Of a stretch of DNA of 64,000 bases, positions 37,478-47,543 are shown piece by piece (position 1 is the first letter of the stretch; the number at the start of each line of letters is the position of its first letter). Source of the DNA: a virus. The stretch is taken from IMG/VR virus record IMGVR_UViG_3300032308_002246, positions 1 to 64,000 of that record; one strand, written 5' to 3'. The notes beneath the pieces are model-generated. The model saw nothing but the letters and a program-made list of their open reading frames with translations, was not told the DNA's origin and did no database searches. Position numbers and translations under genes: made by a program.

Positions 37478-38023
37478 ATGCCCAAGAGTCCAGATATTCA
37501 AAAACTTGTTGATTCTTTGCGGAGATTCACCAAGAACAATTTTGCAATGAGTCTTGTTGAATTTTATGACAAAAATAACTATTTGTCAGAAAAACAATTT
37601 TATGCGGGTAAAAATTTAGTTCGCAAGATGACTGTCAACGAACATGCTTACAGTTGGTCAATTCTTGCCGATGGTGTTTATATTGATTCTGACGAGGATG
37701 AGTCTTTTGTCCAGCTATATAAAGTTTTTTCTTTAAATGGCAAGCGCGTGATTCGCCGTCGAGGCGTAAATTCGCCTTATTGGTCTTCACTTGCGGATAA
37801 CGGGTTTGCCCATCAGCGTATTTTGAAGCTTTTGGGCGATGGTGAGATTCGCATTCTGACATTTGACGAGATGGTGGAGATTGGCCGCAAAACAGGACTT
37901 TGCTGTATTTGCGGGCGTTCTCTGGACGACGAAAAGAGTGTTGAAGCCGGTATTGGCCCTGTTTGCGCAAAGAAGATGCTGAGTGGGGCTGTTCCTGGTC
38001 CTGAGGACGAGAAGAATGTATAA
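37478..38023 (+). CDS. DUF6011-like protein (leaderless)
   Basis: CCICGRSLDDEKSVEAGIGPVCA; TAATCT-N6-ATG. Confidence 0.8.
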   Translation: MPKSPDIQKLVDSLRRFTKNNFAMSLVEFYDKNNYLSEKQFYAGKNLVRKMTVNEHAYSWSILADGVYIDSDEDESFVQLYKVFSLNGKRVIRRRGVNSPYWSSLADNGFAHQRILKLLGDGEIRILTFDEMVEIGRKTGLCCICGRSLDDEKSVEAGIGPVCAKKMLSGAVPGPEDEKNV

Positions 38024-38036
38024 TTCTTAACAAGCA

Positions 38037-38336
38037 TTGGAGATTCACGTGGATATTCGTCATCAAATACAGGCAATTAACGATACAAACCCAGTACTGG
38101 TTCTTCCAGACTTTGGCTTAGAAGTTAATTATTCTGTAAATTTTACAGTTCAGAACATAAGTGCATCAGCGACCGTTTATATTGGTGGCGATGCTGTTCA
38201 AAGCAATGACTATGGAATCAAACTAGAAGCTGGTGTTATTGCGTCTTTTGACGGGTTCCAACGTAATGCGCAATTGTTTGCAATCACTGACACGGGCTCT
38301 AGTGCAAGCGTCGCCGTTCTTAGAGTCAGCCAGTAG
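38037..38336 (+). CDS. small beta-rich virion-accessory-like protein
   Basis: VQNISASATVYIGG..V....YGIKL. Confidence 0.6.
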   Translation: MEIHVDIRHQIQAINDTNPVLVLPDFGLEVNYSVNFTVQNISASATVYIGGDAVQSNDYGIKLEAGVIASFDGFQRNAQLFAITDTGSSASVAVLRVSQ

Positions 38337-39157
38337 TGCCATCAATTTCTATAGGCAATTCCCAGGAAATAAGTATTCTTGGGGGGCGGCATAAGCAACA
38401 TCCGTTTAATGTAAGTATTACATCTCCTTCTGCTCCGGCAGGCCCGCCTCCTCCCCCGCCTCCTCCACCACCTCCTGGAGAGTTTCTTGGAGATGGAACA
38501 TACACAATCTTGACAGGGCCAACGACTTGTGGCTCAATGCTCATTGGCGGCCAATTTAACGGAGCCGTCCTCCAGGTCACCCAAAACAATGCGCTCAACC
38601 TTGGCACTGGCTCATTTACCGTTGAGTGGTGGCAAAACCAGAATAATGTAAACAATCCTTTTGTTCGCCCATTTAGCTTTGGTACCTATCCAACTGCAAC
38701 ACTCGCAGTTTCTTACGAAGGTCCAAACTTTTTTGGATGGTTCCCAAGCGCAACTCCAGTTGGCTCACTTGGAACATACAGGAACCAATGGGTGCACTTT
38801 GCAATTACAAGACTTAATGGTGTAATTAAGGTGTTTAAAAACGGACAACAGATTGGTGGTGATATAGCAAATACCTCTAACATCGTTCATAGCACAGGTT
38901 TGACTATTGCAAACGAGACCACGCCAACTATTGCCGCTCAGTTCGGTGGTTATATAACAAACTTCCACATTATGAAGGCTTCCAAGTATTTAACAAGCTT
39001 CACCCCAGACACGAGCAAGCCAATCCCTCCAACGAGCCAGACCGTGTTACTGCTTGACTGTGACGACCCATCAAATGTGTCCAAAGACTATGTTGGACTT
39101 AACTCAACAAGCACTAGCGATAACTTCTACAACGCAGCAAATCCGTTTGGTTTCTAG
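38336..39157 (+). CDS. LamG/concanavalin-A-like domain protein with poly-Pro linker
   Basis: GTGSFTVEWW...NQWVHFAITR...VFKNG...FGGYITNF. Confidence 0.85.
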   Translation: MPSISIGNSQEISILGGRHKQHPFNVSITSPSAPAGPPPPPPPPPPPGEFLGDGTYTILTGPTTCGSMLIGGQFNGAVLQVTQNNALNLGTGSFTVEWWQNQNNVNNPFVRPFSFGTYPTATLAVSYEGPNFFGWFPSATPVGSLGTYRNQWVHFAITRLNGVIKVFKNGQQIGGDIANTSNIVHSTGLTIANETTPTIAAQFGGYITNFHIMKASKYLTSFTPDTSKPIPPTSQTVLLLDCDDPSNVSKDYVGLNSTSTSDNFYNAANPFGF

Positions 39158-39202
39158 GTTAAACATTTGACATTTTTCTGAAAGAATGACAGTATCTAAG
39201 CA

Positions 39203-39454
39203 ATGAGCTTTTACACTGGTGATGACATCGTAAATCGTTTGGAAAATAGACTGTTTTGGTCTGACGCTCAAGAAGCCGCCACCGAGATTCAGTTGTTGCG
39301 AAAGATTGCCAATGATTGGAAGCAAACAGCAAAAACTCTTGCGCTAGATTTGGGTCATGCTGAATATGCTCAAGAGGTATACGAAGATATAGCTAGTGGC
39401 CTATACGACAAAGTTCGTGGCCGCATAAGTGAAACAAAGGAAAAAGATGCATGA
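39203..39454 (+). CDS. hypothetical protein
   Basis: DDIVNRL...EAATEIQLLR motif. Confidence 0.7.
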   Translation: MSFYTGDDIVNRLENRLFWSDAQEAATEIQLLRKIANDWKQTAKTLALDLGHAEYAQEVYEDIASGLYDKVRGRISETKEKDA

Positions 39455-39743
39455 CATTGACCTGTTAAGCGCAAACACTGAGGTCCCTAGCTTTGATGGT
39501 GCATGCCGGGGAATGCCTACCGACTGGTGGTTCCCAGAAAAAGGCGCAGGCGGAGAAGACAAGTTGAACAACGAAAAAGCTGTTCAGATTTGTAAATCAT
39601 GCAGCTCGCAAACAGAGTGCCTTGACTTCTCGTTAACATTTATGAATCTACAGGGGATTTGGGGTGGGCTCTCACACAGGCAGAGGCAACGTGAGAGGAC
39701 AAAACGTGGGGTAAAGGTAATCCAGGATAGGGTCAAACATTGA
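39447..39743 (+). CDS. whiB: WhiB-family transcription factor
   Basis: ACRGMPTDWWFP...ICKSC....ECLDFSL....GIWGGLS.RQR. Confidence 0.92.
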   Translation: MHDIDLLSANTEVPSFDGACRGMPTDWWFPEKGAGGEDKLNNEKAVQICKSCSSQTECLDFSLTFMNLQGIWGGLSHRQRQRERTKRGVKVIQDRVKH

Positions 39744-39744
39744 T

Positions 39745-40137
39745 ATGAACGAACTATCCACAGCTATACAGCAACTTGCAAAAAAGATAAAGCCTCCTTA
39801 TTATTCGGCCATAGAAGTCGATGAGGGCTGGTATCAGTTGGTTATTGACTGCGATAAAGAGCTTTCAGAGATTGACCCTAAATACGACCTATTCCAGGTG
39901 AAGGAAAAATTTGGTGGTCTTAGATACTATTTTCAATCATCAAATCCTGATGTTAGAGACAAAATGGATTCTGTTGTTGCAAAGTATGAAGAACTTGCAA
40001 GTATTACATGCGAGGCAACCGGTAGACCAGGTGTTTTAATGAAGTCGGTCGGAAACTGGTACAAAACGCTTAGCCCGGATTACGCCGAGAACAGTCTTCA
40101 TTACGCAAAATATACCGAAGTAAAAAAAACTGATTAG
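39745..40137 (+). CDS. conserved phage protein
   Basis: GWYQL...QVKEKFGGLRYY...TCE.TG.PG. Confidence 0.8.
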   Translation: MNELSTAIQQLAKKIKPPYYSAIEVDEGWYQLVIDCDKELSEIDPKYDLFQVKEKFGGLRYYFQSSNPDVRDKMDSVVAKYEELASITCEATGRPGVLMKSVGNWYKTLSPDYAENSLHYAKYTEVKKTD

Positions 40138-40778
40138 TTCTCTATAGAACCAATTCGTTTATCTATCCGTACGCTACCGCCAGGGAATACGTTTCGCAGC
40201 ATTTCGCCATCTGCCGTAGTGACCTCCCCACCGTGGATAACTTTTCCTGGACTAAATCCATAACATGAATTAACTACGTCACATACACCAAACATCATGA
40301 TAGAAATTCTCTTGCGTCGCCATTTTGGAGCAGTGATAATCTGCTGAATCATTGGGTCTCCTGCGCGCCAGTTAATCATTCCAGCCCATGTGGAAATGTA
40401 TTCCTTTTCAAGAACTTGAGATGCTTCTGAGCCATCTACAACCGTCCCCCAGGGGTATCTGTCGTCGGCAAACCCAAGGAGAACTAGATGAGCAGGTTGG
40501 GTGTGTCGATTGTCAAGAAGAACATACCAAAGTTTGGTTAGTTCGTTTTCTGGTCCAAAAATTTCCTCGCGGTAATACCTAACAACCAAATGGCCTTCGG
40601 AATCAACCTCTCCCCATCCCCATTCGACCGTGTCTGCAGTGGGCAGTTCTTCACCAGCGCTGTACCAACGTTTTGGTGGCTGCTTATCTAGTCTGTACGA
40701 AAGCCAGCGAACATCAAAGAAGCGGTCGCTAAGTTTATTGCCTGTATCTAAGGCAAATGTTGATGGGAATTTAGCCAT
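40134..40778 (-). CDS. hypothetical protein with GNAT-like C terminus (leaderless)
   Basis: QIITAPKWRRKRIS; TAATAT-N6-ATG. Confidence 0.55.
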   Translation of the reverse strand: MAKFPSTFALDTGNKLSDRFFDVRWLSYRLDKQPPKRWYSAGEELPTADTVEWGWGEVDSEGHLVVRYYREEIFGPENELTKLWYVLLDNRHTQPAHLVLLGFADDRYPWGTVVDGSEASQVLEKEYISTWAGMINWRAGDPMIQQIITAPKWRRKRISIMMFGVCDVVNSCYGFSPGKVIHGGEVTTADGEMLRNVFPGGSVRIDKRIGSIEN

Positions 40779-40787
40779 CCGGCTATA

Positions 40788-41480
40788 TTAGTCGTTCCAC
40801 CATTCAACCCATGGCTTTTGTGTGGCCGAGGCTGCATCTTCTTTGTCTATGCCAGTGTAGGCAATTGAGATGGTGACCTTTGCGTCATTCTCGTAGTAGC
40901 TCCAGTCGCCACCCACGTTGTAGACAAACAACTGAAGGAATTCGTCTGTGTTCATAACTGCAGCATCCGCGAGGTATGTTCGTTCATTCCACTCTTGTTC
41001 GCTCCAGCTTGAGTTCAGAGCGCGTGATTTTTCAATAGGTGATACAGCAGTGCTTCTAAGGTTCATTACATTGGACCCGAAACCGCCACCCTCTGTGGAG
41101 AATGCACCAATTCTTCCAGCGGCATCGTCTGGATTGCCAAGCCACATTGTGGGCTTAAGGTCCTCGTCCACACTTGCTTGGTATTCAAGGTCTTCAAACG
41201 GGTACACAATGTCACTTGGGTTGTCGTAAATGCTGTGTTGAGTCTTAGAGTTCTTTGTCTTAAAAGCCGCAAGAGCCAAAACTCTGTCAGTTGTCTCAAT
41301 GTCCAAAGTTTCCTCATCACCCTGCCAGAAACCAGCTGTGTCACCGTAAATCGCTTGTGTGGTGAACCACATTGACACAATCTTTACTCTAAATGGGAAT
41401 GACACATTCAAAAAAGATGGGCTGTTGACTTTTACGGTCCAATCGTAGTTAACGATTGATGGTGGGATTATTCCAGACAT
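40788..41480 (-). CDS. hypothetical protein
   Basis: AAGGAG SD; 230 aa. Confidence 0.75.
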   Translation of the reverse strand: MSGIIPPSIVNYDWTVKVNSPSFLNVSFPFRVKIVSMWFTTQAIYGDTAGFWQGDEETLDIETTDRVLALAAFKTKNSKTQHSIYDNPSDIVYPFEDLEYQASVDEDLKPTMWLGNPDDAAGRIGAFSTEGGGFGSNVMNLRSTAVSPIEKSRALNSSWSEQEWNERTYLADAAVMNTDEFLQLFVYNVGGDWSYYENDAKVTISIAYTGIDKEDAASATQKPWVEWWND

Positions 41481-41614
41481 TATTGCTCCTTGGCTTAAGT
41501 TTTATTAATTATACAGCTTTATTTTTACAAGAATTGGAACTTTTTTAGCGCTAGGTTGCATTAATTGTCTAGTGTGGTTACGCTTGCCTCAATCACCAGG
41601 CTAGTGGAGGACAA

Positions 41615-42400
41615 ATGTTGAATGTCAATAAAAAAATTGTTTTTACATTAATAATCTCGCTTATCACACTTCCGGTTGCCAGCTCCGTAAAAGCAGATGG
41701 GTGCACAAATTACACAGAAGCGCCATCTTCTAATTCTGCAACAACTCTTACAATCATCGACACCGATGTTGGAACAGAGGCTTACCAACGCCTTCTTGCG
41801 TATTCTTCAGGAGGACATAAGGCGCTTGGCATGGCAATAGCAAGCGAGTATGACTACTTCGGTTTGTGTCAATATGTTGGAGTTGGGATTATGGATGGAA
41901 GTGGGGGGAACGGTTTTAGGCCAAACTACACTCTGGCCATTTGGCATGGCGAAGTTGACTTGCAAATCGCCCGAACTGCAATTTATGCATTAATTGGTGC
42001 AAGTCCAGACCCAGTTGTAACAAACGGTGACTGCAATATTTCATGTGACGGCACAAATGGAAGGCAGTTTGACGGAACGGTAATCAATGAACCTACAACG
42101 ACGACTACAACCACTCCGCAAGTGGTAATCGAGCAGCCAGAAACCCAACCTTTGACATCAAATGAAATTCATTTTGATTCATCTGAAAACCCTATAAACA
42201 TTAACGAAACCAACAACATTGAAGCAGTGATTGCAGACACAATCCAGAGTTCACTTGTCGTCCAAGATTTGCCAGTAACTGTTCCCTCTATTGTCTTGGC
42301 GGATTCTTTTATTTCTTCAAAACAAACTACTGGCACAAAAAATAACTCTGTGCATGGGAAGAAAAAATCAAAGAAGCGAATTGCAAAACGCCTCCGATAG
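41615..42400 (+). CDS. secreted/exported protein with Thr-rich linker and basic tail
   Basis: Signal peptide ending VKA; PTTTTTTTP; KKKSKKRIAKRLR. Confidence 0.7.
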   Translation: MLNVNKKIVFTLIISLITLPVASSVKADGCTNYTEAPSSNSATTLTIIDTDVGTEAYQRLLAYSSGGHKALGMAIASEYDYFGLCQYVGVGIMDGSGGNGFRPNYTLAIWHGEVDLQIARTAIYALIGASPDPVVTNGDCNISCDGTNGRQFDGTVINEPTTTTTTTPQVVIEQPETQPLTSNEIHFDSSENPININETNNIEAVIADTIQSSLVVQDLPVTVPSIVLADSFISSKQTTGTKNNSVHGKKKSKKRIAKRLR

Positions 42401-42645
42401 AGATAATGATTTTTTGCAAAAATCAACTGTAAAATCCATGAATTGATATATTTTTTAAGAAATCAAGTTAAAACCCTTTGTCAGTAAGGGTTTAATTTCC
42501 TCAAAACTACAGGAAAATTGTGCAAAAGTAATCAAAAAGGCTATAATTGATGTATGGATACACGAAGGGTTTTCTCAAACTGAGCTAGGTCCCCTTAAGG
42601 GTTGAATCTGCTCGCTGTCCTATACACCTAAACAAGGAGTGCAAC

Positions 42646-43227
42646 TTGAACATCAAAACTGGTATTTACGCTATTTTTTTTATGGTTATCGCCCAGGTAG
42701 GGGTCTCGGTGGTAAATGCAATGGAGGCAAAAGCCCCAGCTGCAAGCATCAGCCGTGAATCTGCAGCGCTGATTCAGTACGAAAAGAGTAACGAAATCAG
42801 CAGTTTTGATGCAATCAAGTTCACTCATGGCGATGTTTCATGGCTTGACGAAATGGCGCTAAGCGTAGGCTGGCCAGCAAAGCAGATACCAAAGCTCAAG
42901 AAAATCGTCCTTCGCGAGTCTGGTGGATGCCCAAACCGCATCGGCAGCTCCATTGTTGATAAGAATTGCAATATCACCGGGTATACCAAAGCAACAAATA
43001 AGTCCGATTCAGGCCTCCTGCAAATCAACGGAGTCAACTGGGACCCAAGCCGAAACAAGAACGCTGTTGCGTGCGTCCAATTTGGATTCTGCACTCAAGA
43101 GGACCTGCTTGACCCTGTGAACAACCTAAAGGTTGGACGAGAGCTATTTAGGCTTGCTGGATGGGACCCATGGGACCCATGCGCATGGGGTCCAGAATAC
43201 GCTCACAGGTGCAAAAAGGGCAAGTAG
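42646..43227 (+). CDS. lytic transglycosylase (SLT/lysozyme-like) with signal peptide
   Basis: IVLRESGG...DSGLLQIN...LLDPVNNL...GWDPW. Confidence 0.88.
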   Translation: MNIKTGIYAIFFMVIAQVGVSVVNAMEAKAPAASISRESAALIQYEKSNEISSFDAIKFTHGDVSWLDEMALSVGWPAKQIPKLKKIVLRESGGCPNRIGSSIVDKNCNITGYTKATNKSDSGLLQINGVNWDPSRNKNAVACVQFGFCTQEDLLDPVNNLKVGRELFRLAGWDPWDPCAWGPEYAHRCKKGK

Positions 43228-43263
43228 CGACCAGCCCTAGTTGTATTGGGTTATTATTCATTT

Positions 43264-43461
43264 GTGGCAAATAACAATTCAAAATCAGCAGGCAGAACAA
43301 GAATTAACCCAATAACCAAAGAAGTCGAAACCGTTGCTGGTACAAAAGCCGGCAAAAAAAGGCTTAGGCTTCCAGTGGGTCATCCGCAGAGAACGCATGA
43401 CCTATATGGTCCAGTCGGAAAGAAAAAAAAGAAGAGTATTCTTTCAGATGATGAAGATTAA
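43264..43461 (+). CDS. small basic protein (leaderless GTG)
   Basis: TATTAT-N6-GTG. Confidence 0.55.
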   Translation: MANNNSKSAGRTRINPITKEVETVAGTKAGKKRLRLPVGHPQRTHDLYGPVGKKKKKSILSDDED

Positions 43462-43916
43462 TTTTCTTCTATAATTTTAAACAAGGAGTCTCTGTCAAGA
43501 AAGATTGAGCCTCCACTTATGTTCGGCCCTTCATCGGACTCTTCAATGTAAATCGTAATGTCGTCTGGGGAAACCTTTAGCTTCTTTGCAATATAGACAG
43601 TCATTCTTGAGACTTCATCCTGTAGGGAAGATAGTGCAATTTCAGATTCATTTTCTTGAATCTCTATATCCTCATAACCTTCGTATCCAACGCCGGTTCT
43701 AACAAACTCGGCTGACATTTTTGTAAACGTTGATGCCTTGACGCACATCGAGCACGCTATTTTGTCGGTTTTTGCCGGTCTCTTACGCGGCTCCATGTGC
43801 CCGCATGAGAGCTTATGGAAATAAACCACATCCCCCCATTGACCCTTTCTAATTATGTCAACTACTGTATTTTGCGGGGCGGTTTTTTTATTTATTTCCA
43901 TAAAAATCCATTGCAT
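43458..43916 (-). CDS. hypothetical protein with Zn-binding motif
   Basis: LSCGH...ACSMC. Confidence 0.65.
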   Translation of the reverse strand: MQWIFMEINKKTAPQNTVVDIIRKGQWGDVVYFHKLSCGHMEPRKRPAKTDKIACSMCVKASTFTKMSAEFVRTGVGYEGYEDIEIQENESEIALSSLQDEVSRMTVYIAKKLKVSPDDITIYIEESDEGPNISGGSIFLDRDSLFKIIEEN

Positions 43917-43945
43917 TATTCATGGGTAAAGGGTACTATGAATTT

Positions 43946-44356
43946 ATGCAAACATTTTTACCATATGCAAGTTTTAGCGATTCGGCATCAGTACTGGATT
44001 ACAGGAGGCTCGGCAAGCAACGTGTTGAGACGCTTCAAATCTTAAAAAGTTTACTTGACCCAGATTATGGGTGGAAAAGTCACCCGGCTGTAAAAATGTG
44101 GGTAGGTTTTGAGCCGGCATTGTCAGCTTATGGGGTTGAAGTGTGCAAAGCATGGCTGGCTAGGGGCTATAAAGACACATGTTTAGACAAAATCGTTTCA
44201 CTTGTAAAGCCGAGTACCGAAAATCTTCCGCCATGGATTGGGGATGAGCGTCTGCATGAAAGCCACAAATCAAACCTTCTTCGCAAGATGCCAGAATTTT
44301 ACTCTCCATTTTTTAGCGAGGTGAGTCCAGATATTCCTTACTTTTGGCCTAGTTGA
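43946..44356 (+). CDS. pyrimidine-dimer DNA glycosylase-like (MSMEG_6728/DenV family)
   Basis: MQTFLPY..F..SA.VLD.RRLGKQRVE..Q...HPAVKMW...PPWIGD...SH.SNLLRK. Confidence 0.88.
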   Translation: MQTFLPYASFSDSASVLDYRRLGKQRVETLQILKSLLDPDYGWKSHPAVKMWVGFEPALSAYGVEVCKAWLARGYKDTCLDKIVSLVKPSTENLPPWIGDERLHESHKSNLLRKMPEFYSPFFSEVSPDIPYFWPS

Positions 44357-44391
44357 TTTTCGTCAAATCAATATGCGCTAGTATCTATTTG

Positions 44392-45489
44392 ATGTCTGAA
44401 GAATCCAAAAAACTAACGGCAGCTTTTTTGACTACAGACTGGTCTTTTGGTCTGAAACCAATTCAGCCAAATGGTTGCGCCTATTATCGATGCAAGCTAC
44501 CGATGGACGAATTGCAAAAAGAATACAACTGGGTTTGTGGGTTGGGTCTACCAGGTCTAAATCAGACAAAAGGTATTGGCATGCTGGTTGAAGGTGATAA
44601 GGCAATCCATGGATGGGATTTGATAATCCTTAAACTGATTATGCATAAAACTTTTTCTGACTTTATGCCTGTGGCTAAACAGTTGGGTCAAAAGGTAATA
44701 GTTGACATAGACGACTGGTTTGATGGCCTAGAAAAAACAAACAGAGCATTTGAGACAACTGACCCTAAAAAAAATCCTGAAGTAAATAGAGAGCACTATG
44801 CAAACATAATAAAACAAGCTGATGCCCTTATTGTATCTACTCCATTCTTGCTGGATTACTATAAAAAATTCCACAAAAATGTTTTTCTTGTTAGAAACGG
44901 AATAGATTTAGATAGATGGGAAAAAAGAAAAGTTAAAAAAACCTGGAATCCAACAATCGGTTGGGTTGGAGCTACGCCGTGGAGGTCAAGCGACTTAGAA
45001 GTTTTGGGTCCTAAATTTGGTAAATACATCCAAAAAAATAAGTTAATGTTTCATCATTCTGGTTACACGGCAAATGCTCCACTTGCACATGAACTTGCTG
45101 GGGTGAGTCTTACAAATTCAACAGTTTCCCACATGGTCCCAATAAGCGATTATCCTAAGCTTTTCAAACATATTGATATTGGAATTGTCCCTTTGAACAA
45201 TGTTAAGTTCAATGATGCAAAGTCATATATAAAAGGCCTTGAGTATGCAGCTGCTGGGGTGCCCTTTATTGCTTCCCCATCACCCGAGTATCTTGAGCTT
45301 GCAAAAGCAGGGATAGGCAGAATTGCACATAACTGGGATGACTGGGAGTACCACTTTGATGAACTCCGGGACCCACAAAAAAGAGCTGATGATGCTGAAG
45401 TGAACCTGGAAAATCTCAAGAATTTTACGGTTAAAGCTAGGGGTTCCGAATGGAACTCAACATTGAGGTACATAATGGAGAATATATGA
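44392..45489 (+). CDS. GT-B glycosyltransferase
   Basis: GCAYYR, DIDD, IGWVG, DIGIVPL...FN.AKS.IK.LEYAAAG.P; TAGTAT-N7-ATG. Confidence 0.88.
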   Translation: MSEESKKLTAAFLTTDWSFGLKPIQPNGCAYYRCKLPMDELQKEYNWVCGLGLPGLNQTKGIGMLVEGDKAIHGWDLIILKLIMHKTFSDFMPVAKQLGQKVIVDIDDWFDGLEKTNRAFETTDPKKNPEVNREHYANIIKQADALIVSTPFLLDYYKKFHKNVFLVRNGIDLDRWEKRKVKKTWNPTIGWVGATPWRSSDLEVLGPKFGKYIQKNKLMFHHSGYTANAPLAHELAGVSLTNSTVSHMVPISDYPKLFKHIDIGIVPLNNVKFNDAKSYIKGLEYAAAGVPFIASPSPEYLELAKAGIGRIAHNWDDWEYHFDELRDPQKRADDAEVNLENLKNFTVKARGSEWNSTLRYIMENI

Positions 45490-46271
45490 TTCCGGACCTA
45501 GACCAACAATACGAACTGCTTTCGATTCCAGCACCTTTGCCGAGCCCGGCAGACTGGAATGACGATGGATTTGTAGTTAAGAAAAAACTATTGCCAGAAG
45601 AGCTAATGGTCAACTACGAAAGCTGTTGGATTGAGAATAACTCGGAGCGACCAGGCGGTTGGCCCGACTGCACTCCTTACCGTCGGCATCCAGAAGTTAT
45701 GGAGATACTCACATGCCGTGAAATAAACGACACTATGTTTGACCTAATTGGAGAGCCTGCAGGATTGCATCTAAACCTAACTGGCTGGAGAACAACAACC
45801 AGAAACTGGCACCAAGACACATACTTAAATCCACCGCATGTTGGTGATTATTATGTTGCTGTCTGGATTGCTCTAGAAACAATTCACCCAGACTCGGGCC
45901 CGTTTCAGCTCATTCCAGGCTCCCACAGATGGAGAACTGTAACCCAGGAGAAAATCCTAGATGCTCTTACACCTGCAGAACGAGACCACAGGTGGCCGAC
46001 TTATAGCGAAAGACTACTTACACCAATATTTGAGCATCAAATTGAAAAACGCAAACCGGAAATAGTTACATACCTGCCTGAGCGAGGCGACGTTCTTTTC
46101 TGGCACGGCAGACTGCTCCATAGGGGTTCTCTTGCAAATAATCCAGACATGCCAAGGAAGGCTTTAATTGCTCATTATTCAGGGATAAGGCACAGAGAGG
46201 ATATGCCACCAGCACAGCGACATAAGCTTGGTTGGTACTTTCCAGTAGATGGAGGAAACACAGGACAATGA
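45486..46271 (+). CDS. phytanoyl-CoA dioxygenase (PhyH) family Fe(II)/2OG oxygenase
   Basis: WHQD...VWIALE....SGP...IPGSH...GDVLFWHG.L.H.G. Confidence 0.9.
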   Translation: MIPDLDQQYELLSIPAPLPSPADWNDDGFVVKKKLLPEELMVNYESCWIENNSERPGGWPDCTPYRRHPEVMEILTCREINDTMFDLIGEPAGLHLNLTGWRTTTRNWHQDTYLNPPHVGDYYVAVWIALETIHPDSGPFQLIPGSHRWRTVTQEKILDALTPAERDHRWPTYSERLLTPIFEHQIEKRKPEIVTYLPERGDVLFWHGRLLHRGSLANNPDMPRKALIAHYSGIRHREDMPPAQRHKLGWYFPVDGGNTGQ

Positions 46272-46837
46272 GTAATATTGACGAACCATACCCAACTAAT
46301 GGTGGAGTGGAAAAAAACTTTCGGAATGAACTTGATAAGTTAAATGCTCCAAGAGTTTTGGAGCTTGGAACACTTCAATGGAAACCTGGAGTCTCAACAC
46401 ATCATGGAGAGTGGCTACCTAATGGAGCAACTCACATAAAGTCCGACATTGAAGCAGGTGGAGATGTCGATGTTGTGGCAGATGCGCACGACCTAGCTGC
46501 ATTTAAAGACAATGAATTTGATGTCTTTATAGCAATTAGTGTTTGGGAGCATTTACGTCATCCGTGGATTGCGGCAGAGCAAGCAGCTCGCATTTTAAAG
46601 CCGGGTGGCTTGCTTTATGTAGCAACACATCATACATTCCCAGTTCACGGATATCCATCGGATTACTGCAGATGGACAGACAAAGGGTTAGAGGGTTTAT
46701 TTGATGCTCCAACTTGGCGGAACCAGGTTAGCGCGCTATCTTATCCATGCAAAATAATCCCTAATGACAAAATCACCAACTGGAATACAGCTGCTCATGC
46801 GTTTTTGAATGTTGATATTTTTGCTGTAAAAAATTAA
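46268..46837 (+). CDS. SAM-dependent methyltransferase (type 11-like)
   Basis: VLELG...DVVADAH...VWEHL..PW......RILKPGG...HGYPSDY.RWT. Confidence 0.88.
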   Translation: MSNIDEPYPTNGGVEKNFRNELDKLNAPRVLELGTLQWKPGVSTHHGEWLPNGATHIKSDIEAGGDVDVVADAHDLAAFKDNEFDVFIAISVWEHLRHPWIAAEQAARILKPGGLLYVATHHTFPVHGYPSDYCRWTDKGLEGLFDAPTWRNQVSALSYPCKIIPNDKITNWNTAAHAFLNVDIFAVKN

Positions 46838-46851
46838 CTTTTAAACTAGTT

Positions 46852-47127
46852 TTATTTTTTTATATCCTTGGTTTCTATTTCTGAAGCCAGTGTTCCGCCA
46901 AATATTTTTGAAATAGATGGGAGCCCCATGTCGGAGATTCGTTTTGAAACTGGTTTCACCAACTCCGTGAGGCTGTCAGTTGAGTTTGGAGTAATTGTAA
47001 CTGTATAGGGCTTGGCAAGATTCTGCTGGTTCATAACCGAGCGCATGTAATCAACTTCCGATTTCAAAGCTTCTATCTTTTGATTCAAATCGGCAATTGA
47101 ATCCTGTGTTTCTCTGTTGTTGTCCAT
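46852..47127 (-). CDS. hypothetical coiled-coil protein (leaderless)
   Basis: TAGTAT-N6-ATG. Confidence 0.65.
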   Translation of the reverse strand: MDNNRETQDSIADLNQKIEALKSEVDYMRSVMNQQNLAKPYTVTITPNSTDSLTELVKPVSKRISDMGLPSISKIFGGTLASEIETKDIKK

Positions 47128-47141
47128 TGCAAAATACTATC

Positions 47142-47543
47142 CTATTTTGCTTTGAACTCAGCCCAGGTTTTGTCTCCTACGCCAAAGTACTCACGAGCAT
47201 AGCCAGCCTGGATGATGTCTTTGTTTAGACACGCTGTAGATGGGTCATCAATTTTGTCCGAGCTGTATATTCGTGCAAGGATTCGACCATATTTGTCATT
47301 CTTGTCAGGAATTGTATTAACAAACACCCACTTATGATTTGTTAGCCAATCCTGAGTAAATGATTTTGCTTTTAGCCCTAATTCTTTTTCTGCTAGGTCT
47401 TTAGTTCTTGATTCAGGAGTGTTAACGCCGTAAAGCCTAACTCTCATCTTGTGGTGGATATCAAAACCAAGGTCAACCATCAGCTCTATGGTGTCGCCAT
47501 CTATTACTTTTAGAACTGTAGCCCCATACCAAAATCTCTCCAT
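47142..47543 (-). CDS. thermonuclease (SNase-like)
   Basis: KVIDGDT...VRLYGVNTPE...DKYGRILA. Confidence 0.92.
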   Translation of the reverse strand: MERFWYGATVLKVIDGDTIELMVDLGFDIHHKMRVRLYGVNTPESRTKDLAEKELGLKAKSFTQDWLTNHKWVFVNTIPDKNDKYGRILARIYSSDKIDDPSTACLNKDIIQAGYAREYFGVGDKTWAEFKAK

